Shown: positions 32,169 to 42,580, counted from the stretch's first letter. The stretch is DNA of 64,000 nucleotides from an uncultured Bacteroidota bacterium (GCA_913055635.1 CAJXLK010000021.1:6686-70685); one strand, 5' to 3'. The notes: a model not told the origin generated them from the letters alone. A program made the numbers and translations.

Positions 32169-34529
32169 ATGTTTCGCAATTACCTTAAAACAGGGCTCAG
32201 ACATCTTAAAAGAAACCGGGTATATTCCCTGCTGAACCTGATGGGCCTTGCCATAGGACTCACCATCAGCATCATCATTATGCTGTTTGTATTGAATGAA
32301 ATGAGCTATGATCGCTTTCATACCCATTCTGACAACATCTACCGGCTGGGCATCAGGCAGGAACGATCCCATTCCCTCAATCGCAGTGCCATCACATCCC
32401 CGGCCATGGGAAAGGACCTGGTCTCGAATATTCCTGAAATCACAGACCAGGTGCTGTTGAAACCCTACCGGCAGGCAACCCTTCTGAAAGATGAAAAGAA
32501 ATATTCCACCGATGAAGTGCTCTTTGCCGGGGACTCGTTCTTTCAAATCTTCTCGTTTAAATTGCTGGTGGGCAACAAAAAGCAGGTATTAAAAAACCCC
32601 AATTCTATTGTAATAACCCGTCAACTGGCCCGAAAGATATTTGGTGACCGGGATCCCCTGGGAAAAAGCCTGCTGGTGCATAATAAATTTGAGGTAACCG
32701 TAACGGGCATAGCCGAAGCACCCCCCTCCCATTCCCACATTGATTTTGATGCCGTGGTTTCTTTCTCAACATTGAATCAAATCATAGATTTTTACCGAGG
32801 ATGGGACGGCAACTTTAGCTACTATACCTATTTGCTGTTTGAAGACGGAAAGGCTCCCGGGGATACAGAGGGAGCCATTTTGGACCTTTTCAACCGGAAG
32901 GTCAATGAAAAAATGGAAAATTGGCGATATGAACCCCTTTTCGAGCCCCTGGAAGAGATATATCTGCACTCAGACCTGCTCTATGATTTCAGCCGGACCG
33001 GAAGCATGAGAACCATATATGTATTCTCAGGTATTGCTTTTCTGATCCTTCTGATAGCCACCATCAATTTTGTCAATCTGTCCACGGCCCTTTCCCTGAA
33101 TCGTGTCAGGGAGGTGGGACTGAGAAAAGTGAATGGGGCATCCAAAAAAAGGATTGTCCAGCAGTTTCTGGGCGAATCGATGCTGATGAGCATACTGGCA
33201 TTAATCCTGGCCATGATACTGATCGAAATAACCCTGCCCTGGTTCAACCTGTTTTTCCAAAAACAGCTAAGCGTGTATCAATCTTCCAACTGGCCCTTGC
33301 TTGTAGGCATTCCCTTTTTGGTTGTTTTCATTGGAATCATAGCCGGTAGTTATCCATCCTTCTATGTGGCCCGGATACGGCCGGCAGTCAGCATCAAAGA
33401 CCAAATATCTTCCAAAATGCCGAATCTGAGCATGCAGAATGCCCTGGTGCTGGTTCAGTTCATCATTTCCGCCGGACTGATCATCAGCAGCCTGGTCATT
33501 TATGCTCAACTCTCTTACATGGGAGATAAAGATTTGGGTTTTGATAAAAACAACCTGGTCGCTCTACGGCTCGACAATAAAAACTGCGTTAGGAAAAGTC
33601 ATTTGCTCAGGGAGCAGTTCAACCGGCACCCCCATATTCAGTATACATCAGTTGCTTCGGATTACCCGGTAAACGGCATGACTCAAAATGGCTATGCCCC
33701 GGAAGGCCTGGATAAGCTCATCTCCATCCATGCCCTCTATGTGGATCCCCATTACCTGGAAACCCTGGGTATGAAACTTGCACAAGGCAAAAACTTTGAC
33801 CAACGCACCCCGGATACCAGCCACATTCTGATCAATCAAGCACTTGCCAGCAACATGAATTGGAAAAATCCCCTGGATAAGACCATCTCGCGGAATGGTG
33901 TTGATTATCAGGTGATCGGGGTGGTTGAGGATTTTCATTATGAAAGCCTCCATAAACCAATAGGTCCGGTTCTTTTTACTTTAAAACCCAGGAAACAAGT
34001 AATTCTGACCAGAATTTCCAAAAACCATTTCAAGGAAGCCACGAGTTACATAAAAAAAACATGGGAAGATATTACTGGGGATTATTTTCTGGGATATACC
34101 CGGATCAGCAAAGCATACAAGCGAATGCACCAAAGCGAAAGCCGTTTTGCAGAGAAAGTTCTGTTTTTCACCATCCTGGCCATATTCCTTGCTTGTCTTG
34201 GTCTGTTCGGACTTACCGCCATCTACACCACACGGCGAACAAAGGAAATGGGCATCAGAAAGGCATTGGGAGCAAACGCCTTATCTGTGAACTGGTTGAT
34301 GTTGAGACAATACACCCGATGGGTGGTATTAGCGAATATTGTGGCCTGGCCGCTTGCTTTCTATCTGATGCGGCAATGGCTGGAGAATTTTGCCTACCGG
34401 ATTGACCTGAATTTTTGGTTCTTCCTGGCGGGTGGCATGGTTACCCTGGTGATATCAATGCTTACCCTTACATGGTTTGCCGCCAGATTATCAAGAATCA
34501 ACCCGGCATGGTGCCTGAGGAATGAGTGA
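32169..34529 (+). CDS. FtsX/MacB-type ABC transporter permease, paralog 2
   Basis: 786 aa. MFRNYLKTGLRHLKRNRVYSLLNLMGLAIGL, EVGLRKVNGASKKRIVQQFLGES, EMGIRKALGAN. Confidence 0.9.
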   Translation: MFRNYLKTGLRHLKRNRVYSLLNLMGLAIGLTISIIIMLFVLNEMSYDRFHTHSDNIYRLGIRQERSHSLNRSAITSPAMGKDLVSNIPEITDQVLLKPYRQATLLKDEKKYSTDEVLFAGDSFFQIFSFKLLVGNKKQVLKNPNSIVITRQLARKIFGDRDPLGKSLLVHNKFEVTVTGIAEAPPSHSHIDFDAVVSFSTLNQIIDFYRGWDGNFSYYTYLLFEDGKAPGDTEGAILDLFNRKVNEKMENWRYEPLFEPLEEIYLHSDLLYDFSRTGSMRTIYVFSGIAFLILLIATINFVNLSTALSLNRVREVGLRKVNGASKKRIVQQFLGESMLMSILALILAMILIEITLPWFNLFFQKQLSVYQSSNWPLLVGIPFLVVFIGIIAGSYPSFYVARIRPAVSIKDQISSKMPNLSMQNALVLVQFIISAGLIISSLVIYAQLSYMGDKDLGFDKNNLVALRLDNKNCVRKSHLLREQFNRHPHIQYTSVASDYPVNGMTQNGYAPEGLDKLISIHALYVDPHYLETLGMKLAQGKNFDQRTPDTSHILINQALASNMNWKNPLDKTISRNGVDYQVIGVVEDFHYESLHKPIGPVLFTLKPRKQVILTRISKNHFKEATSYIKKTWEDITGDYFLGYTRISKAYKRMHQSESRFAEKVLFFTILAIFLACLGLFGLTAIYTTRRTKEMGIRKALGANALSVNWLMLRQYTRWVVLANIVAWPLAFYLMRQWLENFAYRIDLNFWFFLAGGMVTLVISMLTLTWFAARLSRINPAWCLRNE

Positions 34530-34626
34530 ATGCCTGTGCCGCTGAAACGAAGACGGGGAGTGAAGAAGTGATTGCCTGCCCCGACGTAGTAAAACGAAGA
34601 CGGGGGGTGAAGAAGTGAATGCCTGA
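34527..34626 (+). repeat. Conserved 3' module following paralog 2 (two core copies)
   Basis: tgcctgtgccgctgaaacgaagacggggagtgaagaagtgattgcctgccccgacgtagtaaaacgaagacggggggtgaagaagtgaatgcctg. Confidence 0.7.
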
Positions 34627-34693
34627 CAAATGGAAGCAACCAATAGAAACCGGACTGTGAATCACTTTGATATAACCATAAAACTGAAGCTCA

Positions 34694-37078
34694 ATGTTAA
34701 AGAACTATCTGAAAACCGGAATTCGAAACCTCAAGCGATATAAATTCTTTACCGCCATTAATATCGTGGGTTTCTCGGTTGGCCTGGCTACCTGTTTCAT
34801 CATCTTCCTGTTTATTGATCATGAAACAAGCTTTGACCACCACCTATCAAAAGCAGACAATCTCTACCGGATTGTAGTCAAGGAGACTCATCCCCACGGC
34901 ACCCGCTACCATGAAAGTGTTCCCTATCCCCTGGCGGAAGCAATCAGCGGGGAATTGCTCAATCCCGGCCAGGTTGTTACCACCTATTATGATGCCAAAC
35001 AAATAAAGGTCAACGATCAGTTGTTTTTGGAAGAGGGGCTGGTTTATACCGATTCGGTCTTTTGCCAGCTGTTCGATGTGAAATTTGTCCAGGGCCAGGC
35101 TGCGGCACTGGAAGAACCAGGCAATGTAGTGTTGACCCGGCAACTGGCCGGAAAATATTTTGGCATGACCGATCCGATGGGTAAAGAACTCATCATCAGC
35201 CGTGAGTTAAACCTGACAGTTAAAGGCATAGTGGAAGATCCCCCGGAAAACACCCACCTTCCCTACCGGATGCTGATATCTGCCGGCTCGCTCGATGACG
35301 GCCACATCCAATTTGACTATGACAAGTGGGGTTCCAACATTTCCCGCATCGCTTCTTATGTGCATCTGAACAAGGGAGAGGAATTAAAAACCATTGAAGA
35401 AGAGATCAATAAAATATACCGCCGGCACAGGGAGGATAATCTCGCCCAACAAAATGATTTTTTTCTGCTGCCGGTCAAAGATATCCATACAGATGGGCGG
35501 TTCGACGATTATCCGGGCAGCTATGTGACCAGCAGCAAGCTGATCTGGGTTTTTATTTTTATAGGTGTGATCGTGTTGGCCGTGGCCCTGATCAATTTCA
35601 TCAATCTTTCCATTGTTCAGGGCATCCGCAGAAGCAAGGAAGTTGGCCTGCGCAAAGTGGCGGGGGCTACCAGAAGCAAGCTGGTGCTGCAGTTTCTGGG
35701 TGAAACCTTTGTCATTGTCAGCATATCGGTGATCCTGGCTTTTATACTTACTGAGATGCTTCTTCCCCTGATCAACACCTATACCGGCGAACGGATCCAT
35801 TTATCCCTCTATGGAAAGCCTGACATCTTCGTCTTCATAGTGATTTTAATGGCAGGGGTCAGCCTGCTGGGAGGTGCTTTCCCGGCCCTCTTTCTGTCGG
35901 CTTACCGCCCTATAGAGGCCATTCGCAAAAAGATGCTGAACCAGCGCAAAAAAACCCTCCCTGTTCAGCGGGTGTTGGTGGTGGTTCAATTCTTTATCGC
36001 TCAGGCCCTTGTCATCTTCGTCATTGCCATTGATCAGCAGGTGGATTATATGACAAACAAAGAGCTGGGCTTCAATCAGAACAACCTGATGGTGGCCCCC
36101 CTGCCCCACTCAACACCGCATAAACAAGCCACTTTCAGAAATCAGCTCAGGGAAATACCTGGTGTATCAAAGGTTTCTTTGGCCATGGGTGAACCTTTGA
36201 GCATCAGCAACAACGTATCCAACTATCAACTCCATGGAGAGCAGGAAGACCACTTTGCCAACATGAAAGCCGTCGATCCTTATTATTTGGACACCTATGG
36301 CATCCGGCTCAAATATGGAAGGGGGTTCCGCCCCTCCCCGAATGGTCAGACAATGAGCAGTGTGCTTGTCAACGAAAAGATGACCCGCGACATTGGTTGC
36401 CCGCACCCACGGGATGCCCTGGGCCAGTTCATCCGGCTTTTCGGCGAAAAACGCCAAATCATCGGGGTCATCGAAAATTTTCATGTCTATTCGTTGCATC
36501 GCGAGCTCTTTCCCCTGATCCTCCACCACAATCCCGACCTCTTTGCCCGGGCCGGCATCAGGCTGGAAGAAGGCGCCTACCGGGAAGCGGCCCCGAAGAT
36601 CCAAAAGGTATACAGAAAGACCTTCCCCAACAGCCTTTATCGCCAGTACCTCTATAAGGATTTGCTCAAAGACCAGTATAAGGGAGAAGAACTGTTTTTC
36701 GGACAGCTGCAAATCTTCACCATTATTGCCATCATCCTGGCATCCATGGGCCTGATCGGACTGGTTTCTTTCATGATGGTACAAAGGACCCAGGAAGTAG
36801 GCATACGAAAAAGCCTGGGGGCGCTTCCCGGGGGTATCGTTTACATGTACACCCGCCGCTTTGCCGGTTTGGTGCTTATCTCCAGTGTCCTCGCCTGGCC
36901 CCTGGCCTACCTGATACTGCAACAGTGGCTGCAAAATTATGCCTATCATATCCCTTTGAGCATCATATACTTCGCCATGGGCTTCTTGTTGATATTGACC
37001 GTCTCGCTGGCTTCAATCCTCTATAATACCCTGAAAGTAGCCCGCATCAATCCGGCCCGGTCGCTGAGGGATGAATGA
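34694..37078 (+). CDS. FtsX/MacB-type ABC transporter permease, paralog 3
   Basis: 794 aa. MLKNYLKTGIRNLKRYKFFTAINIVGFSVGLA, EVGLRKVAGATRSKLVLQFLGET, EVGIRKSLGAL, tail INPARSLRDE. Confidence 0.9.
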   Translation: MLKNYLKTGIRNLKRYKFFTAINIVGFSVGLATCFIIFLFIDHETSFDHHLSKADNLYRIVVKETHPHGTRYHESVPYPLAEAISGELLNPGQVVTTYYDAKQIKVNDQLFLEEGLVYTDSVFCQLFDVKFVQGQAAALEEPGNVVLTRQLAGKYFGMTDPMGKELIISRELNLTVKGIVEDPPENTHLPYRMLISAGSLDDGHIQFDYDKWGSNISRIASYVHLNKGEELKTIEEEINKIYRRHREDNLAQQNDFFLLPVKDIHTDGRFDDYPGSYVTSSKLIWVFIFIGVIVLAVALINFINLSIVQGIRRSKEVGLRKVAGATRSKLVLQFLGETFVIVSISVILAFILTEMLLPLINTYTGERIHLSLYGKPDIFVFIVILMAGVSLLGGAFPALFLSAYRPIEAIRKKMLNQRKKTLPVQRVLVVVQFFIAQALVIFVIAIDQQVDYMTNKELGFNQNNLMVAPLPHSTPHKQATFRNQLREIPGVSKVSLAMGEPLSISNNVSNYQLHGEQEDHFANMKAVDPYYLDTYGIRLKYGRGFRPSPNGQTMSSVLVNEKMTRDIGCPHPRDALGQFIRLFGEKRQIIGVIENFHVYSLHRELFPLILHHNPDLFARAGIRLEEGAYREAAPKIQKVYRKTFPNSLYRQYLYKDLLKDQYKGEELFFGQLQIFTIIAIILASMGLIGLVSFMMVQRTQEVGIRKSLGALPGGIVYMYTRRFAGLVLISSVLAWPLAYLILQQWLQNYAYHIPLSIIYFAMGFLLILTVSLASILYNTLKVARINPARSLRDE

Positions 37079-37215
37079 GGAAATGATTGAATGCCTGCCC
37101 CGACGCAGTGAAACCAAGGCGGGGAGTGAAGAAGTAATTAAGTGATTGAGTAACTAAGTCAAGAAGTGATTGCCGGCCCTGCTGAAATGAAGTGAAAGCG
37201 GGTGTTGAATGAAGA
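37079..37215 (+). repeat. Conserved 3' module following paralog 3 (one good core plus one degenerate core)
   Basis: aaatgattgaatgcctgccccgacgcagtgaaaccaaggcggggagtgaagaagt...gtgattgccggccctgctgaaatgaagtgaaagcggg. Confidence 0.65.
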
Positions 37216-37371
37216 AATGCGTGAAGAGACAACATGAATTAATAAATGAAGTATTGTTGGAGCCTTTAAATGGGCATCATGGAAAAGGAATACCGCGAGA
37301 ATGCAACAGCGCTCCAAAAACCACGATAAAAAAACCTGACATTTGACAAATTAACCTGTAACCCAACAGCC

Positions 37372-39762
37372 ATGTTACGCAACTATTTTTTTACCGCCCT
37401 GCGGGTCATCAAACGCAACAAAAGCTTCTCGCTGATCAATATCCTGGGTTTTTCAACGGGTTTGATCAGCTGCCTGGTGATATTCCTGTTCGTAAAGCAC
37501 GAATTGAGCTTTGAAAAACATATACCCGATTATCAGCGGATTTACCGCGTTGCCAACGTCAGCCACGAAAGTGAAGGCCCGGTCAAAGAAGCCTCCATTC
37601 CTTATCCCCTGGGACAAGTTATAGGGGAGGAGTTAACCGGCCATGCAACGGTTGCCCCGATATTTTACGCCCATGAGCCATCGCTGAAACACGAAAACAA
37701 GATGTTTAAGGAACATGGGGTGGTCTTCGCCAATGAAGCGTTCATGGATATATTCGGGGTGAGGGTCCAATCAGGCAACCCCCGTTCATTGAATGAACCC
37801 GGAAACACTTTCATCTCACGTAAACTTGCCCGCAAATTTTTTGGCAAGAAAGATCCCGTGGGTAAAACCATCACCATTGAGCAGAATCTGACGGTAAAAA
37901 TTGCCGGGGTGATGGAGGCTTCTACCCGGCGCACCCATCTGCCTTACAAAATGCTGGTTTCCATGGAATCATTGAACCGCCAGATTGTGGGCCTGGATTA
38001 TGAGACCTGGGGATCGAAAATATCGGGAATGAGTGCTTATATTAAGCTGAAACCTACCACCGACCAGGCAAACTATGAAAAACAACTGAAAGCGCTCGTT
38101 GCGGAAAATGCTACAGACCAGGACCTTCATAAAACCAGTTACTTTTTGCAGCCTCTTTCCCAGATTCATCTCGATCCATCCATTTCATCCTTTTTGGGAT
38201 CTTATACCACCAGCAAAAAGTTCATCTGGATCTTTATTTCCGTGGGCCTGTTCATCCTGATCATTGCCGGCATCAATTTCATCAACCTTTCTACGGTACA
38301 GGCGATCAAAAGGACCCGGGAGATTGGGGTTCGCAAGGTCCTGGGGGCCGACCGGCTCAAGATCATCCGGCAATTCTTCATGGAAACCCTGCTGTTGCTT
38401 CTGGCCGCCGAGGTCGTTGCCCTGATCCTGGCCGAGGTGATCCTGCCCCGGGTAAGTACCCTGTTGGGCAGCCACATCGATCTGAACTTATACAGTGATC
38501 TTTCGGTAGGGGTCTTCATGTTGTCGATTTTGATCGGATTTGGTCTGATTGCAGGGCTCTATCCGGCCCTTTTCCTGTCACGTTATAACCCCCTGCAGGC
38601 CATGCGATCCAAGACCGGCCGGAGCGAGAAAAAGCAACTGCCCGTCTTTGGCACCCTGGTGGTATTGCAGTTTTTTATTTCCCAGATCCTGATCATTTCT
38701 TCGCTCATCGTCGGTCAGCAAATCGATTTCTTCAAAAATAAAGATTTGGGATTTGACCAAGACAATGTCCTGTTGATCAATCTCTACGGACAGGATAAGA
38801 GCCACCAGGGAGCCTTTAAGCAAGAACTGCTCCAGATCCCGGAGGTGAAAAAAGTTGCCTTTGGTCTGGGCGCTCCCCTTTCCAACTCCAGAATCCGCTC
38901 CAATGCTTATGTTCCGGGTAAGAAAGAACAACAATACAGCATCAATGTAAAAACCACCGATGCCTCTTATCCGGAGTTCTATGACATCAATCTGTTGGCT
39001 GGCCAAATGTTCAATGAGCAGTCCGCCGGAGATACGATTCAAAGTATCGTAATCAATCAAAAGTTGATGGATGATTTGGGGTATGAAGCGCCCCACAATG
39101 CTTTGGGCAAACAGTTACGTTGCTTTGGCGGGACCAGCGAAATTGTCGGTGTCATGGAAAATTTTCATTCCGAGTCGCTTCACGGCACCATGTCGGCAAC
39201 TGTGCTGACATACATGCCGGAATGGTTCATCCAGGCCTCGGTCAAACTCACCCCGGGCCACAACCGGCAAAGCCTGAATAAAATAGAAGCCGTCTGGGAA
39301 AAAGTCTATCCGCAGCAAGTCTTCGATTACGCCTTTCTGGAAGATGAAATCCTGGAAGATTATCGGGATGAAGAACGTACCTCAAAGATCGTGCGGATCT
39401 TCACCCTGGTAGCGATCATCATCGCCATTCTGGGCCTCTATGGGATGGTATCGTTCATGTTGGTTCACCGCACCCAGGAGATCGGCATCCGCAAAACCCA
39501 GGGAGCCTCGACCAGCCGTATTATAAGACAATTATCAGGCAATTACCTGAAATACATTTTAATTGCAGGTCTTTTGGCCTGGCCGGTGGCCTGGTACCTG
39601 ATGGAACAGTGGTTGCAGGATTTTGCCTATCACATCAACCTGCATATCGGATATTTTGTAGCCTCCACCCTCTTGTTGCTTTTGATCAGTCTTGGGAGTA
39701 TCCTTCAGCAAACGATCAAAACAGCCCATATCAATCCGGCCCAATCCCTCAGGTCGGAGTAG
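37372..39762 (+). CDS. FtsX/MacB-type ABC transporter permease, paralog 4
   Basis: 796 aa. MLRNYFFTALRVIKRNKSFSLINILGFSTGL, EIGVRKVLGADRLKIIRQFFMET, EIGIRKTQGAS, tail INPAQSLRSE. Confidence 0.9.
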   Translation: MLRNYFFTALRVIKRNKSFSLINILGFSTGLISCLVIFLFVKHELSFEKHIPDYQRIYRVANVSHESEGPVKEASIPYPLGQVIGEELTGHATVAPIFYAHEPSLKHENKMFKEHGVVFANEAFMDIFGVRVQSGNPRSLNEPGNTFISRKLARKFFGKKDPVGKTITIEQNLTVKIAGVMEASTRRTHLPYKMLVSMESLNRQIVGLDYETWGSKISGMSAYIKLKPTTDQANYEKQLKALVAENATDQDLHKTSYFLQPLSQIHLDPSISSFLGSYTTSKKFIWIFISVGLFILIIAGINFINLSTVQAIKRTREIGVRKVLGADRLKIIRQFFMETLLLLLAAEVVALILAEVILPRVSTLLGSHIDLNLYSDLSVGVFMLSILIGFGLIAGLYPALFLSRYNPLQAMRSKTGRSEKKQLPVFGTLVVLQFFISQILIISSLIVGQQIDFFKNKDLGFDQDNVLLINLYGQDKSHQGAFKQELLQIPEVKKVAFGLGAPLSNSRIRSNAYVPGKKEQQYSINVKTTDASYPEFYDINLLAGQMFNEQSAGDTIQSIVINQKLMDDLGYEAPHNALGKQLRCFGGTSEIVGVMENFHSESLHGTMSATVLTYMPEWFIQASVKLTPGHNRQSLNKIEAVWEKVYPQQVFDYAFLEDEILEDYRDEERTSKIVRIFTLVAIIIAILGLYGMVSFMLVHRTQEIGIRKTQGASTSRIIRQLSGNYLKYILIAGLLAWPVAWYLMEQWLQDFAYHINLHIGYFVASTLLLLLISLGSILQQTIKTAHINPAQSLRSE

Positions 39763-39780
39763 AGAGGTGAAGAAATGATT

Positions 39781-39850
39781 AAATGATCAAATGATTGAAT
39801 GCCTGCCCCGACGAAGTGAAACGAAGGCGGGAAGAGAATGGATGAGGAAA
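39781..39850 (+). repeat. Conserved 3' module following paralog 4
   Basis: aaatgatcaaatgattgaatgcctgccccgacgaagtgaaacgaaggcgggaagagaatggatgaggaaa. It matches 42481-42550 with 2 mismatches in 70. Confidence 0.85.
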
Positions 39851-39932
39851 TGATTGAATGAGAGAATGATTAATGCGTGAATACGTAAATAAAAAAGAGG
39901 GGTCTGTGGGCTGAAGCATTGAATTAAATTTT

Positions 39933-39949
39933 TGGCATCCGGTTTTGAT
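39933..39949 (+). promoter_or_regulatory. Second sigma-54-like element, upstream of paralog 5
   Basis: TGGCATccggttTTGAT has the same half-sites as 29489-29504 but an N6 spacer instead of N5. It lies about 120 nt upstream of the ATG at 40066. Confidence 0.2.
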
Positions 39950-40065
39950 CAATTTTTCCATTTGGTTGTTAACTGTAATGATTCTTTTCAGGTGACGGTA
40001 CCTGTAAAAAGATGAAATTTTCAGGGTCTTTAGGAAGAAACCTCTAAAGAGTGGGGGATGTTGGG

Positions 40066-42477
40066 ATGCTGCGCAACTATCTGAGAGCGGGATGGCAAAT
40101 TTTTTCCAAAAACAAGGGTTTTACCATCATCAACACCCTTGGCTTTGCCCTGGCATTGGCAGTGGTCCTGTTGATCTTTCTCTACATCCGGTATGAAAAA
40201 AGTTTCGAGCAGCATTTGCCCCATCGGGATCAGATACACCGGATCATTGTCCAAGGCATGGATGTCCGTGGCATGAGCTACCACCCGGCTACGCCCAACT
40301 CCCTCGGCAAGGCCTTAAGCAAACAACTGCCCGGCAATTCACAAGTAGCCAGTGTACTGGTCAGCAAAAACAAGACCCTCCAGGCAAATGGCAGGTCTTT
40401 GATGGTGGAGCAGATGATGCTGTTCGTTGATTCAGGCTTCTGCGAACTTTTTAATGTGCGCATCCTGCGGGGGGATCCGGCCAGTTTAAACCAGGCTCAC
40501 ACAGCTTTTATCACCCCGAAACTGGCCCGTCAATTTTTCAAACATCAAGATCCGATGGGCCGGGAACTGGTTTTGGCCAACAACCTTCATCTCACGGTAA
40601 AAGGGCTCATCGAGGCGCCTCCCCCTGCCACCCATCTGCCCTACCAAATCCTGATCTCTGCCCATTCCCTTTCCAACGATTATAGTCGGGTGAAGTATAA
40701 CCCCTGGGCACTGGCCCGTGACTATACGGCAACCTATATCCGTTTGGATTCGCCTCAGCAAAAGGAAAGCACTGAGCAGACAATCAACCGCATCGGCCAA
40801 TCTTTCTTCCGTGAAAAGCAAATCAAGCTGCTACTTCAACCCATTGATGAAATTCACCTGGATGACCGGCTAAGCCGCCTCACCTGGCATTATACCAACA
40901 GCCAAGGAACCATCGGAATATTCACCACCATTTCCCTTATGATTCTGATCATTGCCGGCATCAATTTTGTCAATCTGTCGGTGGTCCAGGCCATAAGACG
41001 GACACGGGAGATTGGTATGCGCAAAATAGTTGGGGCCTCCAACGCAAGGCTTATCAGACAGCTTCTGACCGAAACCTTCTTTATTTTAGCCGCCGCTGTT
41101 GCCCTGGCCATGCTGTTTGTTGAACTCTCCCTTCCCCTGATCAATAAAAAAATGGAGCCGCTGATCCATCTGGATTTTCACATTGATCGGACCAATCTTC
41201 TTTACCTTGCTGCTGTTCTGGTCCTATTGGTCCTTTTGGCAGGCCTGTTTCATTTGTCGTATATTTCAAAATATAAGCCCCTGGAAGCCCTGCGGAAAAA
41301 TTTCTATGTACGAACTGCAAAAAAACGGCCTTCCCGCTTCAAAGTACTGGTTATTTTTCAATTTATGATCACCCAGGTTCTGCTGATTGGTTTTTTGGTG
41401 ATCAACAGTCAGTTGCAATACCTTCACAGTAAAGACCTGGGGTTTGAAACAGAAAATGTGATACTGGTCAGGTTACCTGGCCAGGATACCCTTCAGCGAA
41501 CAGCCTTCAAAAAGCGCCTCGAACAACATCAGGCCGTAGATCGGGTGTCCGTCTCTTCCGAGCTGCCAATGGATCCTTCTGGTGTAGCATTTTACTCCAT
41601 TCAATCTCCCATTAACGGCCAATTTTATGAGGTCTGCATCAAGGTGGTCGACCGCTATTTCACCGAATTATTTGACGTTCAAATGAAAAACGGCAGATGG
41701 TTCCCCCTTGAACAGAACAATTCCTTAGATCAGAGCATTGTTGTTAACGAAACCTTCATCGCAACTTTTGGTTTTTCTTCACCCGAATCCGCGATCCATC
41801 AAAGCATTGAAATAGAGGGCAACCAGTACAGGATTATTGGCGTTGCCAGGGATTTTCATGTTTTCTCCCTGCACCGGGAGTTGCAACCGACCATTCTCTT
41901 TCACCATCAACAGGCCAGGGTACAGGAGCAGTCCAAACCCATTGACCATATAAGCATCAAGCTGAATCAACCCGATCCCCGCAAATGGCTTCCCTTTATC
42001 CGGCAGAGTTATGGCTGTCATTTACCGGAGGAACCTTTTGTTTACCAGATCTACGAAGATGAAGTGTATCGTCAATACCAGCAGGAAGACCGGAGTTTTA
42101 TGATCCTGGGAACTTTTACGATTATAGCCATCATTCTGGCATCGATGGGTCTGTTTGGACTGGTCTCATTCGTTATGGCACAAAAAACAAGAGAAACAGG
42201 AATCAGAAAGGCCAATGGGGCCACCGGGCAAAGCATCATCGCCATGTATCTTTTCAGATATCTCAAAATCACGGTGATAGGAAGTTTATTGGCCTGGCCC
42301 TTCGCCTATTTTTTTATGCATCAGTGGCTGACCAATTATGCTTACCATGCAGATTTATCCCTCCGGCATTTTCTGATGGGCCTGCTGATCCTCCTGGGGG
42401 TGGCACTTTTTTCCATCCTCTTTCAGACCATTCGCACGGCCAATACCAACCCGGCCGCCTCGCTCAGGGAAGACTAA
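40066..42477 (+). CDS. FtsX/MacB-type ABC transporter permease, paralog 5
   Basis: Start placed at MLRNYLRAGWQIFSKNK (40066), by analogy with the MxxNY starts of the other four paralogs. EIGMRKIVGASNARLIRQLLTET, ETGIRKANGAT, tail TNPAASLRED. Confidence 0.88.
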   Translation: MLRNYLRAGWQIFSKNKGFTIINTLGFALALAVVLLIFLYIRYEKSFEQHLPHRDQIHRIIVQGMDVRGMSYHPATPNSLGKALSKQLPGNSQVASVLVSKNKTLQANGRSLMVEQMMLFVDSGFCELFNVRILRGDPASLNQAHTAFITPKLARQFFKHQDPMGRELVLANNLHLTVKGLIEAPPPATHLPYQILISAHSLSNDYSRVKYNPWALARDYTATYIRLDSPQQKESTEQTINRIGQSFFREKQIKLLLQPIDEIHLDDRLSRLTWHYTNSQGTIGIFTTISLMILIIAGINFVNLSVVQAIRRTREIGMRKIVGASNARLIRQLLTETFFILAAAVALAMLFVELSLPLINKKMEPLIHLDFHIDRTNLLYLAAVLVLLVLLAGLFHLSYISKYKPLEALRKNFYVRTAKKRPSRFKVLVIFQFMITQVLLIGFLVINSQLQYLHSKDLGFETENVILVRLPGQDTLQRTAFKKRLEQHQAVDRVSVSSELPMDPSGVAFYSIQSPINGQFYEVCIKVVDRYFTELFDVQMKNGRWFPLEQNNSLDQSIVVNETFIATFGFSSPESAIHQSIEIEGNQYRIIGVARDFHVFSLHRELQPTILFHHQQARVQEQSKPIDHISIKLNQPDPRKWLPFIRQSYGCHLPEEPFVYQIYEDEVYRQYQQEDRSFMILGTFTIIAIILASMGLFGLVSFVMAQKTRETGIRKANGATGQSIIAMYLFRYLKITVIGSLLAWPFAYFFMHQWLTNYAYHADLSLRHFLMGLLILLGVALFSILFQTIRTANTNPAASLRED

Positions 42478-42480
42478 AGA

Positions 42481-42550
42481 AAATGATTAAATGATTGAAT
42501 GCCTGCCCCGACGAAGTGAAACGAAGGCGGGAAGAGAATGGATGAGAAAA
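42481..42550 (+). repeat. Conserved 3' module following paralog 5
   Basis: Near-identical to 39781-39850, exactly 2700 bp away. Confidence 0.85.
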
Positions 42551-42580
42551 TGATTAAATGAGGAAATGATGGAATAAGTC

